In this document: positions 41,292 to 51,095 of the stretch, in pieces | How the letters are laid out: every line of letters begins with the position of its first letter | Position numbering within the stretch: the stretch's first letter is position 1 | DNA from: an uncultured delta proteobacterium | GTDB taxonomy: Bacteria > Desulfobacterota > Desulfobacteria > Desulfobacterales > B30-G6 | Length of the DNA: 64,000 bases | Assembly: GCA_963823335.1 (NCBI GenBank) | Contig: CAWGLD010000001.1 | Coordinates: 1,696,001 to 1,760,000, forward strand | Direction of reading: 5' to 3' | The notes under the pieces: model-generated | The model's input: the letters and a program-made list of their open reading frames with translations, nothing else | Databases searched by the model: none | What the model was told of the DNA's origin: nothing | Translations under genes and position numbers: made by a program

Positions 41292-42089
41292 ATGAAAAAC
41301 AATTTAAGCAAATTGAATGCATGGCTGAGATGTGGCATATTCGTTTTTTTAGGGTTGTGGATGATCCTGGGTAGCAACCCAGCCTATGCTGAATGGAATT
41401 TTGGCATCGGAACCGGTCTTTCCAGGTTAAGTATTAACGGTGATATGGGGTGGGAAACGAAGTTGGCTGGTCCCGTGAAAGCGGATGTGGATCTTTCACC
41501 AAGTGATACTAGCGATCTTATGGAATCAGCCTTTGGATTTGGCGGTTATGCAACCAACGGCACTTGGACCATCAACTATTCCTTTTTGCAGTTGACGTTA
41601 GGCGACGAGGGTAAAGCGTCACTGCCTGACGGCTCCAAACTAAAGTTTGATATGGACTTTGAAGTAACCAGTGCAGTAATGCTCGTCACGCGGAATGTTT
41701 ATAAATCAGAACATATCCATCTGGGATTGCAGGGGGGTCTCCGTTACACCAAACATGACCTTACAACAAAACTCGAATTCGGCGGTAATAAAATTAAGAA
41801 CAATCCTGATAACGATTGGATAGATGCAGTGATCGGTGCAACCCTTACGGTGCCGATCACCGATAAATGGAGCTGGAACAATGTTGCCAACGCCGGATAC
41901 GGTGGGTCTGATGGAACCTATTTTGGCTCTACGGGTATAACCTGGCGTTTCCTGAAGCATTGGTCAGCAACGGCTTCCGGTACGTATACCGCCGTCGATT
42001 TTGAGGAAGGCAATAAGGGTGACTCGGATTGGTATCGATATGATGTCGACGAGACTACCTATGGCATCACCATTCTTTTCAACTGGTAA
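41292..42089 (+). CDS. Outer membrane beta-barrel protein
   Basis: Signal peptide (AYA|E), alternating amphipathic strands, C-terminal ILFNW. Confidence 0.75.
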   Translation: MKNNLSKLNAWLRCGIFVFLGLWMILGSNPAYAEWNFGIGTGLSRLSINGDMGWETKLAGPVKADVDLSPSDTSDLMESAFGFGGYATNGTWTINYSFLQLTLGDEGKASLPDGSKLKFDMDFEVTSAVMLVTRNVYKSEHIHLGLQGGLRYTKHDLTTKLEFGGNKIKNNPDNDWIDAVIGATLTVPITDKWSWNNVANAGYGGSDGTYFGSTGITWRFLKHWSATASGTYTAVDFEEGNKGDSDWYRYDVDETTYGITILFNW

Positions 42090-42547
42090 TAGTGTAGACT
42101 GCATATATTCAGATCATACGCTGCACTGATTACGGGAAAACTGATACTTGGACTTATCTCCATCAATCACCCCCCCCCCTCCACCCGAAATGTCGTCTGG
42201 CCACAAAATGTAGCGGTACTTGGAATTAGCCTCGATCCAAGTTTTTGGCAAATGTAAACACAGATTTTGACAAAGCAGGAATTGTCTATACATTTTAGAG
42301 ATTGCGGCATCCAAAATGACGTCGGGATGTTTTTAGGAAAATATTATAGGTCACATTTTTTCTATAAAGTTTTTAACCACAAAAACTAAGAAAAAGACTC
42401 TATATTTCTTGGTTAATTGATGGATATATTTTTCAGTCGTTACGCAATGCGGCTTTTCATGTGTACTTTCAACATCAACAGTAGGTTTGTAATACACAGT
42501 CGCATTTAGAATGCTAAATTTAATAGTAGCCGTGGGCAATTCTGTGG

Positions 42548-43183
42548 TTACTCAATCTTTTTAATATTCAATCCAGGGTAAAGTTTTTTTGTACATTCTG
42601 GACAGATACTATGGGTAAATTCTGCCTCTGAATGATCTCTGATATATGATTCAATTTGATTCCAGTATCCCTTGTCATCACGGATATTTTTACAGGATGA
42701 ACAAATCGGCAGGAATCCTCTTAATTTTTTAACTTCAGCCAAGGCATTTTGCAATTCATCGATCAATCGTTCCCTTTCTTTTTCGGTGGATTTTCGTTTG
42801 CTAATATCATGAATAACTGAACAAAGTAGAAACTTTTTTCCAATAACAATAGGACCACTAAATACTTCCACATCTTTAATCACCCCATTAGAAAGGCGAT
42901 GCTTAAAATTGAAATAATTCCTCTTTTCAGATTTGGCCCTATCCATCTCCATAAATATTTCTTTCCTAGAGCGCGTGTTAATATCTGTAATTTTCAATTT
43001 TATTAGTTCATCTTTTGTATAACCGTAAAACAAACAAGCCGAAGGATTCGCATCATTGATGGCACCGGTTTCTGGATCAATCAAAAGCATAACCGAATAG
43101 TTATTTTCAAATAAGGATCTATATAGTTGTTCTCTATCGGAATCATTTCGTTCTAATTCTTTATGTGCATGATTTGAAGCCAT
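42548..43183 (-). CDS. PAS sensor with a C-terminal Cys-rich (CxxC...CPEC) domain
   Basis: PAS/PAC motifs, then LPICSSCKNIRDDKGYW..IESYI....FTHSICPEC. Confidence 0.85.
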   Translation of the reverse strand: MASNHAHKELERNDSDREQLYRSLFENNYSVMLLIDPETGAINDANPSACLFYGYTKDELIKLKITDINTRSRKEIFMEMDRAKSEKRNYFNFKHRLSNGVIKDVEVFSGPIVIGKKFLLCSVIHDISKRKSTEKERERLIDELQNALAEVKKLRGFLPICSSCKNIRDDKGYWNQIESYIRDHSEAEFTHSICPECTKKLYPGLNIKKIE

Positions 43184-43369
43184 AATTTTCCCTTCAGTTA
43201 GAAAGTATCACTTTGATATGGAGAACATTTCCACCTTTGCACAATTGCGGGTAACATCATTATCAGCTTTTTCAGCCGGACAAATTATGCTGATGTGGAG
43301 ACATCTGGTTCAGAAACACAACGCATTAGCAATCGTGATATGCTGTCTCAATTTGTTGCTATTTTCCAT

Positions 43370-43759
43370 CTATTTTTTATTTCTAAGCCATTGTAGTGCC
43401 TTCTCTCGTTCTCTAAAAATATCTATATATTGGGAAGAACTATGAGCAAAGGCACTGTACATCCTGGCTAAACCAAAATTTAGTATTTTAGGAGCATATA
43501 TAGCAGTTTTTTTCATATAAGTATTATTATTCTCTGTGGCCATATCATTAAAATAGTAAGCAAGTGCTTTTATTCCATCATTTGAAAGACTGCTTAAATC
43601 GGCTTCGCTTAAATCAGCAAGCTCATTTTTGTCTGGTCTCCAGACACCACTATTAAAAATAGATTTCCAGTCATTCAATAAATCCGCATCTGCTATTGCC
43701 CCTTTATAATGACTTACGAAATAGTCAGCCTCATGATTTATTTCAATTGTAATCGACAT
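43370..43759 (-). CDS. Hypothetical STAS/SEC14-like protein
   Basis: L.DLS...TAIYAP...FGLARMY...F..REKALQWL; GGAGG RBS. Confidence 0.7.
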   Translation of the reverse strand: MSITIEINHEADYFVSHYKGAIADADLLNDWKSIFNSGVWRPDKNELADLSEADLSSLSNDGIKALAYYFNDMATENNNTYMKKTAIYAPKILNFGLARMYSAFAHSSSQYIDIFREREKALQWLRNKK

Positions 43760-43917
43760 CCTTCCTCCAATAAAAGAGCATGTTATTAAAGATGCATGGA
43801 GAACATTACCCTTTTGCCAAGATTACAGATAGCATCAACTGGACTGTCAATTCAGATATATCTTACAAAGTGAAGAGGTAAAGGAATGTTCGTCTTCTGA
43901 CAATTCTATGTTTATGT

Positions 43918-44760
43918 TCAAAATTTAGTAAGACTTGGATCATAAACAACTACTTGATCACGACCTCTTTCCTTTGCTTGATATAATGCCATATCAGCAT
44001 TTTCTATGAGCTTATTTATATCTCTATTTTCATCCTGTATACTTGAGACTCCTATACTTACAGTGATACCGCCTATTGGTTTGCCACCGGACTCATCACT
44101 GCCAATTATTAGTTTTTTTAAAACTTGATTGCGACAACGTTCTGCCATGAGGGCAGCTGCAGAAATCGGCGTGTTGGGAAGAACGATAACAATTTCTTCG
44201 CCGCCATATCGTGCCACAAAATCTGTTTCACGTGCCAGATCAACGATAATTTGAGCAAGTTTTTTTAATACGATGTCACCTATTTGATGACCGTAGGTAT
44301 CATTAACTTTTTTAAAATGGTCTACATCCAACATAAGTAGAGATAGTGAAAGGTTGTATCTCTTGGACCTGTTGATTTCTTCATTCAAGCGACGTTCAAG
44401 GTAACGACGATTAAAAATGCCCATCAGTGGATCATTAATGTTTTCCTGTTCAAGTATATAGATTCGTTGAATATCATTAATTGTTGTTAAAGTTAGAAGA
44501 CAAACAATAACCACGAATATGCTACCGCCGAATAATATACCTGCCACAATTAGATTAGTAAACGTAAAATCGGAGTTCCAAATTTGAATCGCATAACTTA
44601 AATAGCCAATAATAAACAATAAGATTAAACCGAATAGAAAATTCCATTGTTTCCGCAATATTTCTTTCGGAAGTAGCCGAATTATTTTTATGCAAGGGAA
44701 TAGAGATATCGCAAGGATGATAATTCCACCAATTGTTGCTCCAAAAGTTAGAGAATTCAT
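43918..44760 (-). CDS. Membrane diguanylate cyclase
   Basis: 3 TM helices; DVDHFK.VND.YGH; RxxD I-site (RETD); RYGGEEI. Confidence 0.92.
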   Translation of the reverse strand: MNSLTFGATIGGIIILAISLFPCIKIIRLLPKEILRKQWNFLFGLILLFIIGYLSYAIQIWNSDFTFTNLIVAGILFGGSIFVVIVCLLTLTTINDIQRIYILEQENINDPLMGIFNRRYLERRLNEEINRSKRYNLSLSLLMLDVDHFKKVNDTYGHQIGDIVLKKLAQIIVDLARETDFVARYGGEEIVIVLPNTPISAAALMAERCRNQVLKKLIIGSDESGGKPIGGITVSIGVSSIQDENRDINKLIENADMALYQAKERGRDQVVVYDPSLTKF

Positions 44761-44952
44761 TTAATCTATAATTCCTATTCTGATTAATTGTTGTAATGAA
44801 TGGATTTGACTTTATCAATATTGATAAACGTTATCCACTACTCAACTGGATCAAATATGCAGATATCATTTTTCTTACGAAAACGCAAAATTCGATGGGT
44901 TATATGGGATTTTGAGACAAAATTTTGAGGTGGGTGAACCGTTAAAACAAAT

Positions 44953-45150
44953 ATGTTATCTGTGGGAGTCGATAAGGCTCATAGAGACCTGATTTTGGGT
45001 CACAGCTTACAAGGAATGGACGCTCATTACTTAAAGCAAACCGATGAAACTTTAAAAGAGGCAATTGAAAAATACACAGTTTGGTTAGATAATCAAATGA
45101 AAATGGTTTTGGAAAATGTTGACCAAGGTGTTGACCAAGCCATTATTTAA
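44953..45150 (+). pseudogene. Tyrosine integrase C-terminal remnant
   Basis: GVDKAHRDLILGHSLQGMDAHY (LGH...Y catalytic tail) next to the att site. Confidence 0.7.
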
Positions 45151-45264
45151 AGTAATAATTTTTATTCAACTTTCTAAATATATTATATTTTCAACGTTTA
45201 AAAATCATAAAATACAAATAAATAAGGGTTTCAAAAAAAACTACTTGTAACTCCTTGATATCAT

Positions 45265-45309
45265 TGGTACGCCCGGCAGGATTCGAACCTGCGGCCTACG
45301 GATTCGAAG
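45265..45309 (-). mobile_element. att site: 45-bp duplicate of the tRNA-Arg 3' part
   Basis: Identical to 49596-49640; ends at the anticodon loop. Confidence 0.9.
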
Positions 45310-45663
45310 AGCAGGAATCTCGTAATAAAAAATGCATATAATTAAAAACACTTGATTCTATTGCGCTTTTTCAACTAACTTTTGGTTTCGTTTGGAAATG
45401 TTTGGAAATATTTGACCTTGACGGGCACTAGTTGGGCACAATCCCCTTTTAAAATATTTCATTTATAATACACCAATATCTTGCCGTCAGATGAATTTCC
45501 ATGCCACCTTCATCGAGCATCCGAAAAGTAAATGAAAATGAAAAATAATTTAATAATATCATAATTCTATACATTATAACGGTCACGATTATTTAATCTT
45601 TCTGAGCGCTGAGATATTGACGTACCCATTGCTTTGGAATAAAATCCTTCTTTTTTGACGCCC

Positions 45664-47415
45664 ATGGGCCATATTATGGAGTACATCATTCAAACCCCGA
45701 TATTTATCCCCACCACTGCACAGGAGGTGCATTCCCTTGGATGGAAGCATCTGGATGTGATCTTGGTCACCGGGGATACCTATATAGACTCCTCTTACAT
45801 CGGAGTGGCCGTCATCGGCAGAGTTCTATTGAACGCAGGCTACCGGGTCGGCATTATCGCCCAGCCCGATATTCACAGCGACCGGGATATTGCCAGGCTG
45901 GGGGAACCTGCGCTTTTCTGGGGCGTTACCGCCGGTTGTATCGACTCCATGATTGCTAATTACACTGCTTCAGCCAAACGGCGCAAAAGCGATGATCTGA
46001 CCCCGGGCGGGTTGAATACAAAACGTCCGGACCGGGCGGTCATCATCTACAGCAACCTTATCCGGCGCTTTTTCAAGAAGACCCGACCCATCGTTCTGGG
46101 TGGCGTTGAAGCAAGCCTCAGGCGCATCTCCCATTATGATGCCAGGTCTGATTCGGTCAGACGATCCATCCTCTTTGACGCCAAGGCCGACATCTTGATC
46201 TACGGAATGGCGGAGCAGAGCATTCTAGAGCTTGCGCAAAAATTCAAATGTCAGGAAGACATCCGCTCGATCCGGGGCATATGTTACATCAGCCCGCAGT
46301 TTCCGGAAGCAGCGTCCGACTTTGAAGGTCCGGATATCGAACTTCCGGACCATGGCAATGTGTCGCGGGATAAAGAACTGTTCATCCAGATGTTTAAGGC
46401 TTTTTATGAGAACGCGGATCCGTTCACAGCCAAACGGCTCTGTCAGAGGCAGGACACCCGTTATCTGGTCCACAATCCGCCCCAGTTTCCACTTTCCAGC
46501 GATGCCCTCGACCGGATTTACGAGCTGCCCTATACCCGGGACGTGCATCCCTTTTACAAAAAACAAGGCCAGGTGAGGGCACTCGACACCATCCGGTTTT
46601 CCCTCACGACCCACCGAGGGTGTTACGGCGAATGCCGCTTCTGTGCCATCACGGTCCATCAGGGCCGGCATGTCGTGTCACGCAGCGAGGCTTCCCTGTT
46701 ACGTGAAGCGGCCACTTTCACGACACATTCCGATTTCAAAGGGATCATCGCAGATGTGGGGGGCGCCACCGCCAACATGTACGGCATCGAATGCGACCGC
46801 AAGCGGGTCCAGGGCGCATGCCGGGACAAGGGTTGTATCTTTCCAAAGCCTTGCAAACATCTGCCCGTCCATCACGCTCGCCAGATCCATTTGTTGAGAG
46901 CGCTTCGCGGCCTGCCGGGGATTCGCAAGGTCTTCATCGGATCCGGCATTCGCTACGACCTGATCCTTAGCGACCGCGACCACGGTGCGCTTTATCTGGA
47001 AGAAATATTGCAGCATCATGTCTCCGGTCACCTCAAAATCGCCCCAGAACACGTGCAGAATCATATCCTGGAGCTGATGGGCAAACCCGGCCGTGAGTGC
47101 CTGGAAGCGTTCATTCGCTTATTTGACGAAATTCGCCATAAGAGCCCCCACAAGCTGTTTTTGACCTATTATTTAATGGCTGCCCATCCCGGATGCATTC
47201 TTGAGGATATGCATAAACTGCGAACGTTTGCCATTCAAACGCTGCGGTTGCTTCCGAAGCAGATTCAGATATTTACGCCTTCACCCTCCACTTACGCTAC
47301 ACTGATGTATTACACGGAAACAAATCCGTTCTCGGGTCAAAAGATTTTTGTGGAAAAAAACACCGCAAATAAACAGAAGCAAAAACGCCTTTTACAAAAC
47401 CGCCGTAGCTTTTAG
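45664..47415 (+). CDS. YgiQ (UPF0313) family radical SAM protein
   Basis: LVTGDTYID, SMIANYT, HRGCYGECRFC, GGATANMY and APEH motifs; start uncertain. Confidence 0.92.
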   Translation: MGHIMEYIIQTPIFIPTTAQEVHSLGWKHLDVILVTGDTYIDSSYIGVAVIGRVLLNAGYRVGIIAQPDIHSDRDIARLGEPALFWGVTAGCIDSMIANYTASAKRRKSDDLTPGGLNTKRPDRAVIIYSNLIRRFFKKTRPIVLGGVEASLRRISHYDARSDSVRRSILFDAKADILIYGMAEQSILELAQKFKCQEDIRSIRGICYISPQFPEAASDFEGPDIELPDHGNVSRDKELFIQMFKAFYENADPFTAKRLCQRQDTRYLVHNPPQFPLSSDALDRIYELPYTRDVHPFYKKQGQVRALDTIRFSLTTHRGCYGECRFCAITVHQGRHVVSRSEASLLREAATFTTHSDFKGIIADVGGATANMYGIECDRKRVQGACRDKGCIFPKPCKHLPVHHARQIHLLRALRGLPGIRKVFIGSGIRYDLILSDRDHGALYLEEILQHHVSGHLKIAPEHVQNHILELMGKPGRECLEAFIRLFDEIRHKSPHKLFLTYYLMAAHPGCILEDMHKLRTFAIQTLRLLPKQIQIFTPSPSTYATLMYYTETNPFSGQKIFVEKNTANKQKQKRLLQNRRSF

Positions 47416-47446
47416 ACGTGCGATTCAAACGCCAACGACAATTGCC

Positions 47447-49432
47447 ATGAAAGTTGCCCTGATCTATCCGCCCACATGCGATCCAACCGGCCCTTATCTT
47501 TCCGTTCCCATGCTTACGGCGTATTTGCGAAGGAATGGGATAGATGTGCTCCCCATCGATGCCAATATTGAGGTCTATGACCGGCTTTTGCGCCGTGCCG
47601 CTTTGAATGAAATGGCCGGAAGGGTTGCCAAACGCCTGGAGCGCCTGGAACGCCAAGCTTCGCTGGCTCATACCGATCAACTGCTCTATGCGCGTCTGTG
47701 GGAAGTGCTGCCGGATCTGGCACGGGTCCCGGAAGCGGTTGAAGATGCCGTTGCTGTGCTTCGAGACCGCTCTGGTGTTCGGTTTTTTGACCCATGCCAA
47801 TATGAGAAGGCGGTCCAGACCGTTAAGGGCGCCCTGCGAATCATCAGTGCCGCCTACAGCCCATTGGTGCTGGATTTCAGCGTTTACCGGACGCCCTTTT
47901 CCCTGCTCACGCCGGAAACAATACAGGCGGATTCCCAACCTGGAAAAAATCCCTTTCACGGTTACTTTTCCGGCGAACTCGCCGATTTGCTATCATTTCA
48001 TTCCCCGGATGTGATCGGTATCTCGCTGGCCTTTCCAGGACAGGTTCAGCCCGGTTATGCTCTGGCATACACCCTGCGGCAGTCGCTGCCCGCAGCTCAT
48101 ATTACCGTAGGCGGACCAGCCATCTCTCAGATACTTGCCCGTCTCGCCCCAGAAAAGATTCCGCAGCTGCTCGGCCCCTTTCATTCGGCCGTGCTGTACG
48201 AAGGCGAAGAGACACTGCTTGCTCTCGTCCGAACCCTGGCCGGCGGCCAGACCCCGCCTCGGGTGCTTTATGGTGAACGGGGCATGGATCTTAGCCTGCT
48301 TCCGTCACCCGATTTTGAAGGACTGCCACTGGATAAATACCTTTCACCCGAACCGGTGCTGCCCTACGATCCGACCCGTGGATGCTACTGGGGCAAATGC
48401 GCCTTTTGTCATTATGGGCTGAGCCCCCGGGGCACGGCCGTATATCGGCAGCGTCCCATAAATCGGGTGGTCGCCCACCTCGCACAGTATAAAGAACGCT
48501 GGGGATGCCGAACCGTATATTTCTCCCAGGATGCCTTTGCCCCCCGAACTGCCAGAAAACTATCGCTGAAACTGCGATCGGCTGGAACATCGTTGCGGTG
48601 GGCCACCGACATGCGACCTGAACCCGACCTGACACCGAAATGCTGCCGGGATCTCAAAGACGGCGGAGCCCTGTCAATGGCACTGGGAATCGAAACCGCT
48701 GCCCCCCGTCTGCAGCGGATGATCGACAAAGGGGTTTCTCTCAAAGAAATGCAAACCGCCGTCAGGAACCTGGCGGCTGCTGACATCGCGGTGGAAGCCA
48801 TGTGTTTCACCGACTTTCCCACCGAAACCTATTCGGAAGCCAATGCCACCGTTGATTTTTTGGAGGAGATGCGGGGTCACATCTCGCTTTTTATGTGCGG
48901 GCGCTTCGGATTGTGCCACGGCTCCCGTGTCGCGCACTTTCCTGAAGACTATGGTATTCAAAAGATATGGCACCTGAAAGGCGATGAATTGAAGACGGCT
49001 CTTTTTTATGAAGAGCGCTTCCCATCGAAAAGCGATTTCGAGCGGAAAAAGCTTGATCAGACCATCAATAGGCTTTCAGCCGGTTGGTGGCTTCACGATT
49101 ACCCCTGGGCCGGCGCGCTGTCCACCGCACATACGCTGCTGTGGTATGCGCGATATGGATCAGACGTTTTCAGGCGCTTTGCCGATACCCCTCGCCGGAT
49201 AGCCAGGCCGCAAAAAAAATCTTTTCGTCCTAAGCGCTTTGATATCGACCAGATGGCGCGAGTCGCCGGTCGTCACGAGGCGGAGATCTGGCATACACTT
49301 GTTTTTGATCACAAAGCAGTGACTCCTGAGCTTTACGCCCGGTGCAGCAGCGATTATCCAGCGGAATTGCCGAAAAAGATAAAACCATCTCGCCGGCGTC
49401 TCCCCAATAAGAAGCAGAGGCGTTCCAAATGA
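47447..49432 (+). CDS. B12-binding-domain radical SAM protein
   Basis: MKVALIYPP, ITVGG, YEGE and RGCYWGKCAFC motifs. Confidence 0.85.
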   Translation: MKVALIYPPTCDPTGPYLSVPMLTAYLRRNGIDVLPIDANIEVYDRLLRRAALNEMAGRVAKRLERLERQASLAHTDQLLYARLWEVLPDLARVPEAVEDAVAVLRDRSGVRFFDPCQYEKAVQTVKGALRIISAAYSPLVLDFSVYRTPFSLLTPETIQADSQPGKNPFHGYFSGELADLLSFHSPDVIGISLAFPGQVQPGYALAYTLRQSLPAAHITVGGPAISQILARLAPEKIPQLLGPFHSAVLYEGEETLLALVRTLAGGQTPPRVLYGERGMDLSLLPSPDFEGLPLDKYLSPEPVLPYDPTRGCYWGKCAFCHYGLSPRGTAVYRQRPINRVVAHLAQYKERWGCRTVYFSQDAFAPRTARKLSLKLRSAGTSLRWATDMRPEPDLTPKCCRDLKDGGALSMALGIETAAPRLQRMIDKGVSLKEMQTAVRNLAAADIAVEAMCFTDFPTETYSEANATVDFLEEMRGHISLFMCGRFGLCHGSRVAHFPEDYGIQKIWHLKGDELKTALFYEERFPSKSDFERKKLDQTINRLSAGWWLHDYPWAGALSTAHTLLWYARYGSDVFRRFADTPRRIARPQKKSFRPKRFDIDQMARVAGRHEAEIWHTLVFDHKAVTPELYARCSSDYPAELPKKIKPSRRRLPNKKQRRSK

Positions 49433-49552
49433 CAGACGGGGATGGGATTACAAATTGTATCGATCAGATCATTACAATTTTTTGATATCCTTGATCTTGG
49501 CGAAAGATAACCTCCTGGGTTGGAAAAGCCGCTGAACTGCGCTCATCTGGAT

Positions 49553-49588
49553 AAAAAAAGGACTTGGTGGTTTCACCCAAGTCCTTGG
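49553..49588 (-). terminator. Intrinsic terminator after tRNA-Arg
   Basis: AAGGACTTGG..CCAAGTCCTTTTTTT on the minus strand. Confidence 0.8.
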
Positions 49589-49595
49589 TATTTCA

Positions 49596-49672
<77 letters not shown>

Positions 49673-49821
49673 TTGTCCCGGCAGATTCACCGATCATGGC
49701 TTCCTATAACAAATCGAACGGTTGTGCAAGAAGAAACGGGCACGGAAACCAAGCGCTGGAATACGGTTGAAACCAAACAAAGACCTGAGCTTCCAATTGC
49801 GAGGAGACCCATGCCGGTGAT

Positions 49822-50226
49822 TTAGTTCGAAGCGTCAATCAAAGGGCGTACATCGGTAATCTTGAATCGGATGGCCGCAACGATGGCATTGGCAGATGCG
49901 TCTCCCGCAGCATCGCGGATTTTTTTTCTGAAAGAATCCAGCAACTCACCATATCGTTCGTGCGCCTCCACCTCCAGATACAAGCGGATTCCGTTCCACT
50001 CCCGGGGGGATTCACCGGGCTCGATAACGATGAAACTGGCCTTGGGGTTTTCCTGCAGGTTTCGAAAGGACCGGTTGTCGCCGATGGCCATGATGACCGT
50101 GTTCTCGTCGATCATGCGGGGTGATCCAAAAACGGCTGCGTTCACATTGCCGTTCTTGTCCGCCGTCGCCAATGCGCCGATGCGTGTTTGTCGATTGAAC
50201 ATCTTCATAACCTGTTTTCTGTCCAT
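49822..50226 (-). CDS. Pyridoxamine 5'-phosphate oxidase-like FMN-binding protein
   Basis: LATADKNG.VN and RS.RNLQENPKA motifs; AGGAGG RBS. Confidence 0.85.
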   Translation of the reverse strand: MDRKQVMKMFNRQTRIGALATADKNGNVNAAVFGSPRMIDENTVIMAIGDNRSFRNLQENPKASFIVIEPGESPREWNGIRLYLEVEAHERYGELLDSFRKKIRDAAGDASANAIVAAIRFKITDVRPLIDASN

Positions 50227-50386
50227 GTCGCCTCCTTTCTCGATTGTGTTGGGGCGCCCTTTGGTTACGTTCCAGCGCCCGCCTGCTAAAGGTGTTGTCC
50301 AGGCATTTTCACATACGGCCCTTTTCACCATGTCTCAACATAATGGGCATTGCCGAACTGTCAAGACAATGGGAAATAAGGCATGC

Positions 50387-50424
50387 AAAAAAAGAGGCCG
50401 TGGTCAAATGACCACGGCCTCTTT
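50387..50424 (-). terminator. Intrinsic terminator after tRNA-His
   Basis: AAAGAGGCCGTGGTCA-tt-TGACCACGGCCTCTTTTTTT on the minus strand. Confidence 0.9.
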
Positions 50425-50434
50425 GATTTCAGAA

Positions 50435-50511
50435 TGGGGTGAGTGATGGGACTTGAACCCACGACAACCGAGGCCACAACCCGGCGCTCTACCAACTGAG
50501 CTACACCCACC
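50435..50511 (-). tRNA. tRNA-His(GTG)
   Basis: Cloverleaf with GTG anticodon, encoded G-1 and CCA. Confidence 0.97.
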
Positions 50512-50672
50512 ATATCTTAGGCGAAGGTTTTACCCCTCGCCAGTGGAAGAAAAATAAAATATCAGACAGATGTCAGCTTTTCAAGCAGAAAAAGCAGGTC
50601 GTCTAATTTTGCTGGAATAAACATGTCATGATATTATCTGGCTATTGACCATAAATGCCTACTACTATACAA

Positions 50673-50717
50673 ATAAAATCGTGGAGACGATTTTATCAGA
50701 CGCGACATTGTCGCTAT
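50673..50717 (-). repeat. Family C twin-hairpin repeat
   Basis: AGCGAC-n-GTCGC gtc ATAAAATCGT-n-ACGATTTTAT; also at 1658-1702 and 59501-59543, with variants. Confidence 0.7.
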
Positions 50718-50824
50718 ATCTCGAATCCCAGAACTGTGGAAGGTCCGACTAAACTGAGCGTTGTGCACCCTTTGTGAGATTTTGCCGCGCAGATAGCTGT
50801 AAACAAACGTTAATAAATTTTGCT

Positions 50825-51001
50825 ATGAATCGATTCTTTATTTTCATCATGCGCGCTGTTCTGGCGGCTTTCTTTGCTGTCGTCATCACCCGTTTTTTTT
50901 ACGGTAGCGTGGCACCGCTCTATGTTGCCGGTCTTGCGATATTCCTGATGGGAATGTCCTATGTCACTGAATATTACAGGCGGAAGAAACAAAAAAAATA
51001 G
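50825..51001 (+). CDS. Small two-TM membrane protein
   Basis: 58 aa, two hydrophobic segments, basic tail. Confidence 0.6.
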   Translation: MNRFFIFIMRAVLAAFFAVVITRFFYGSVAPLYVAGLAIFLMGMSYVTEYYRRKKQKK

Positions 51002-51095
51002 AAAAAAGGAGAATCGGTTAGGCATGGCATATTATGATTAAATTACAGGTAGTTAGGCAACTTAAAGCCTAAAACTTAAAACGGGTTTTGTAATT

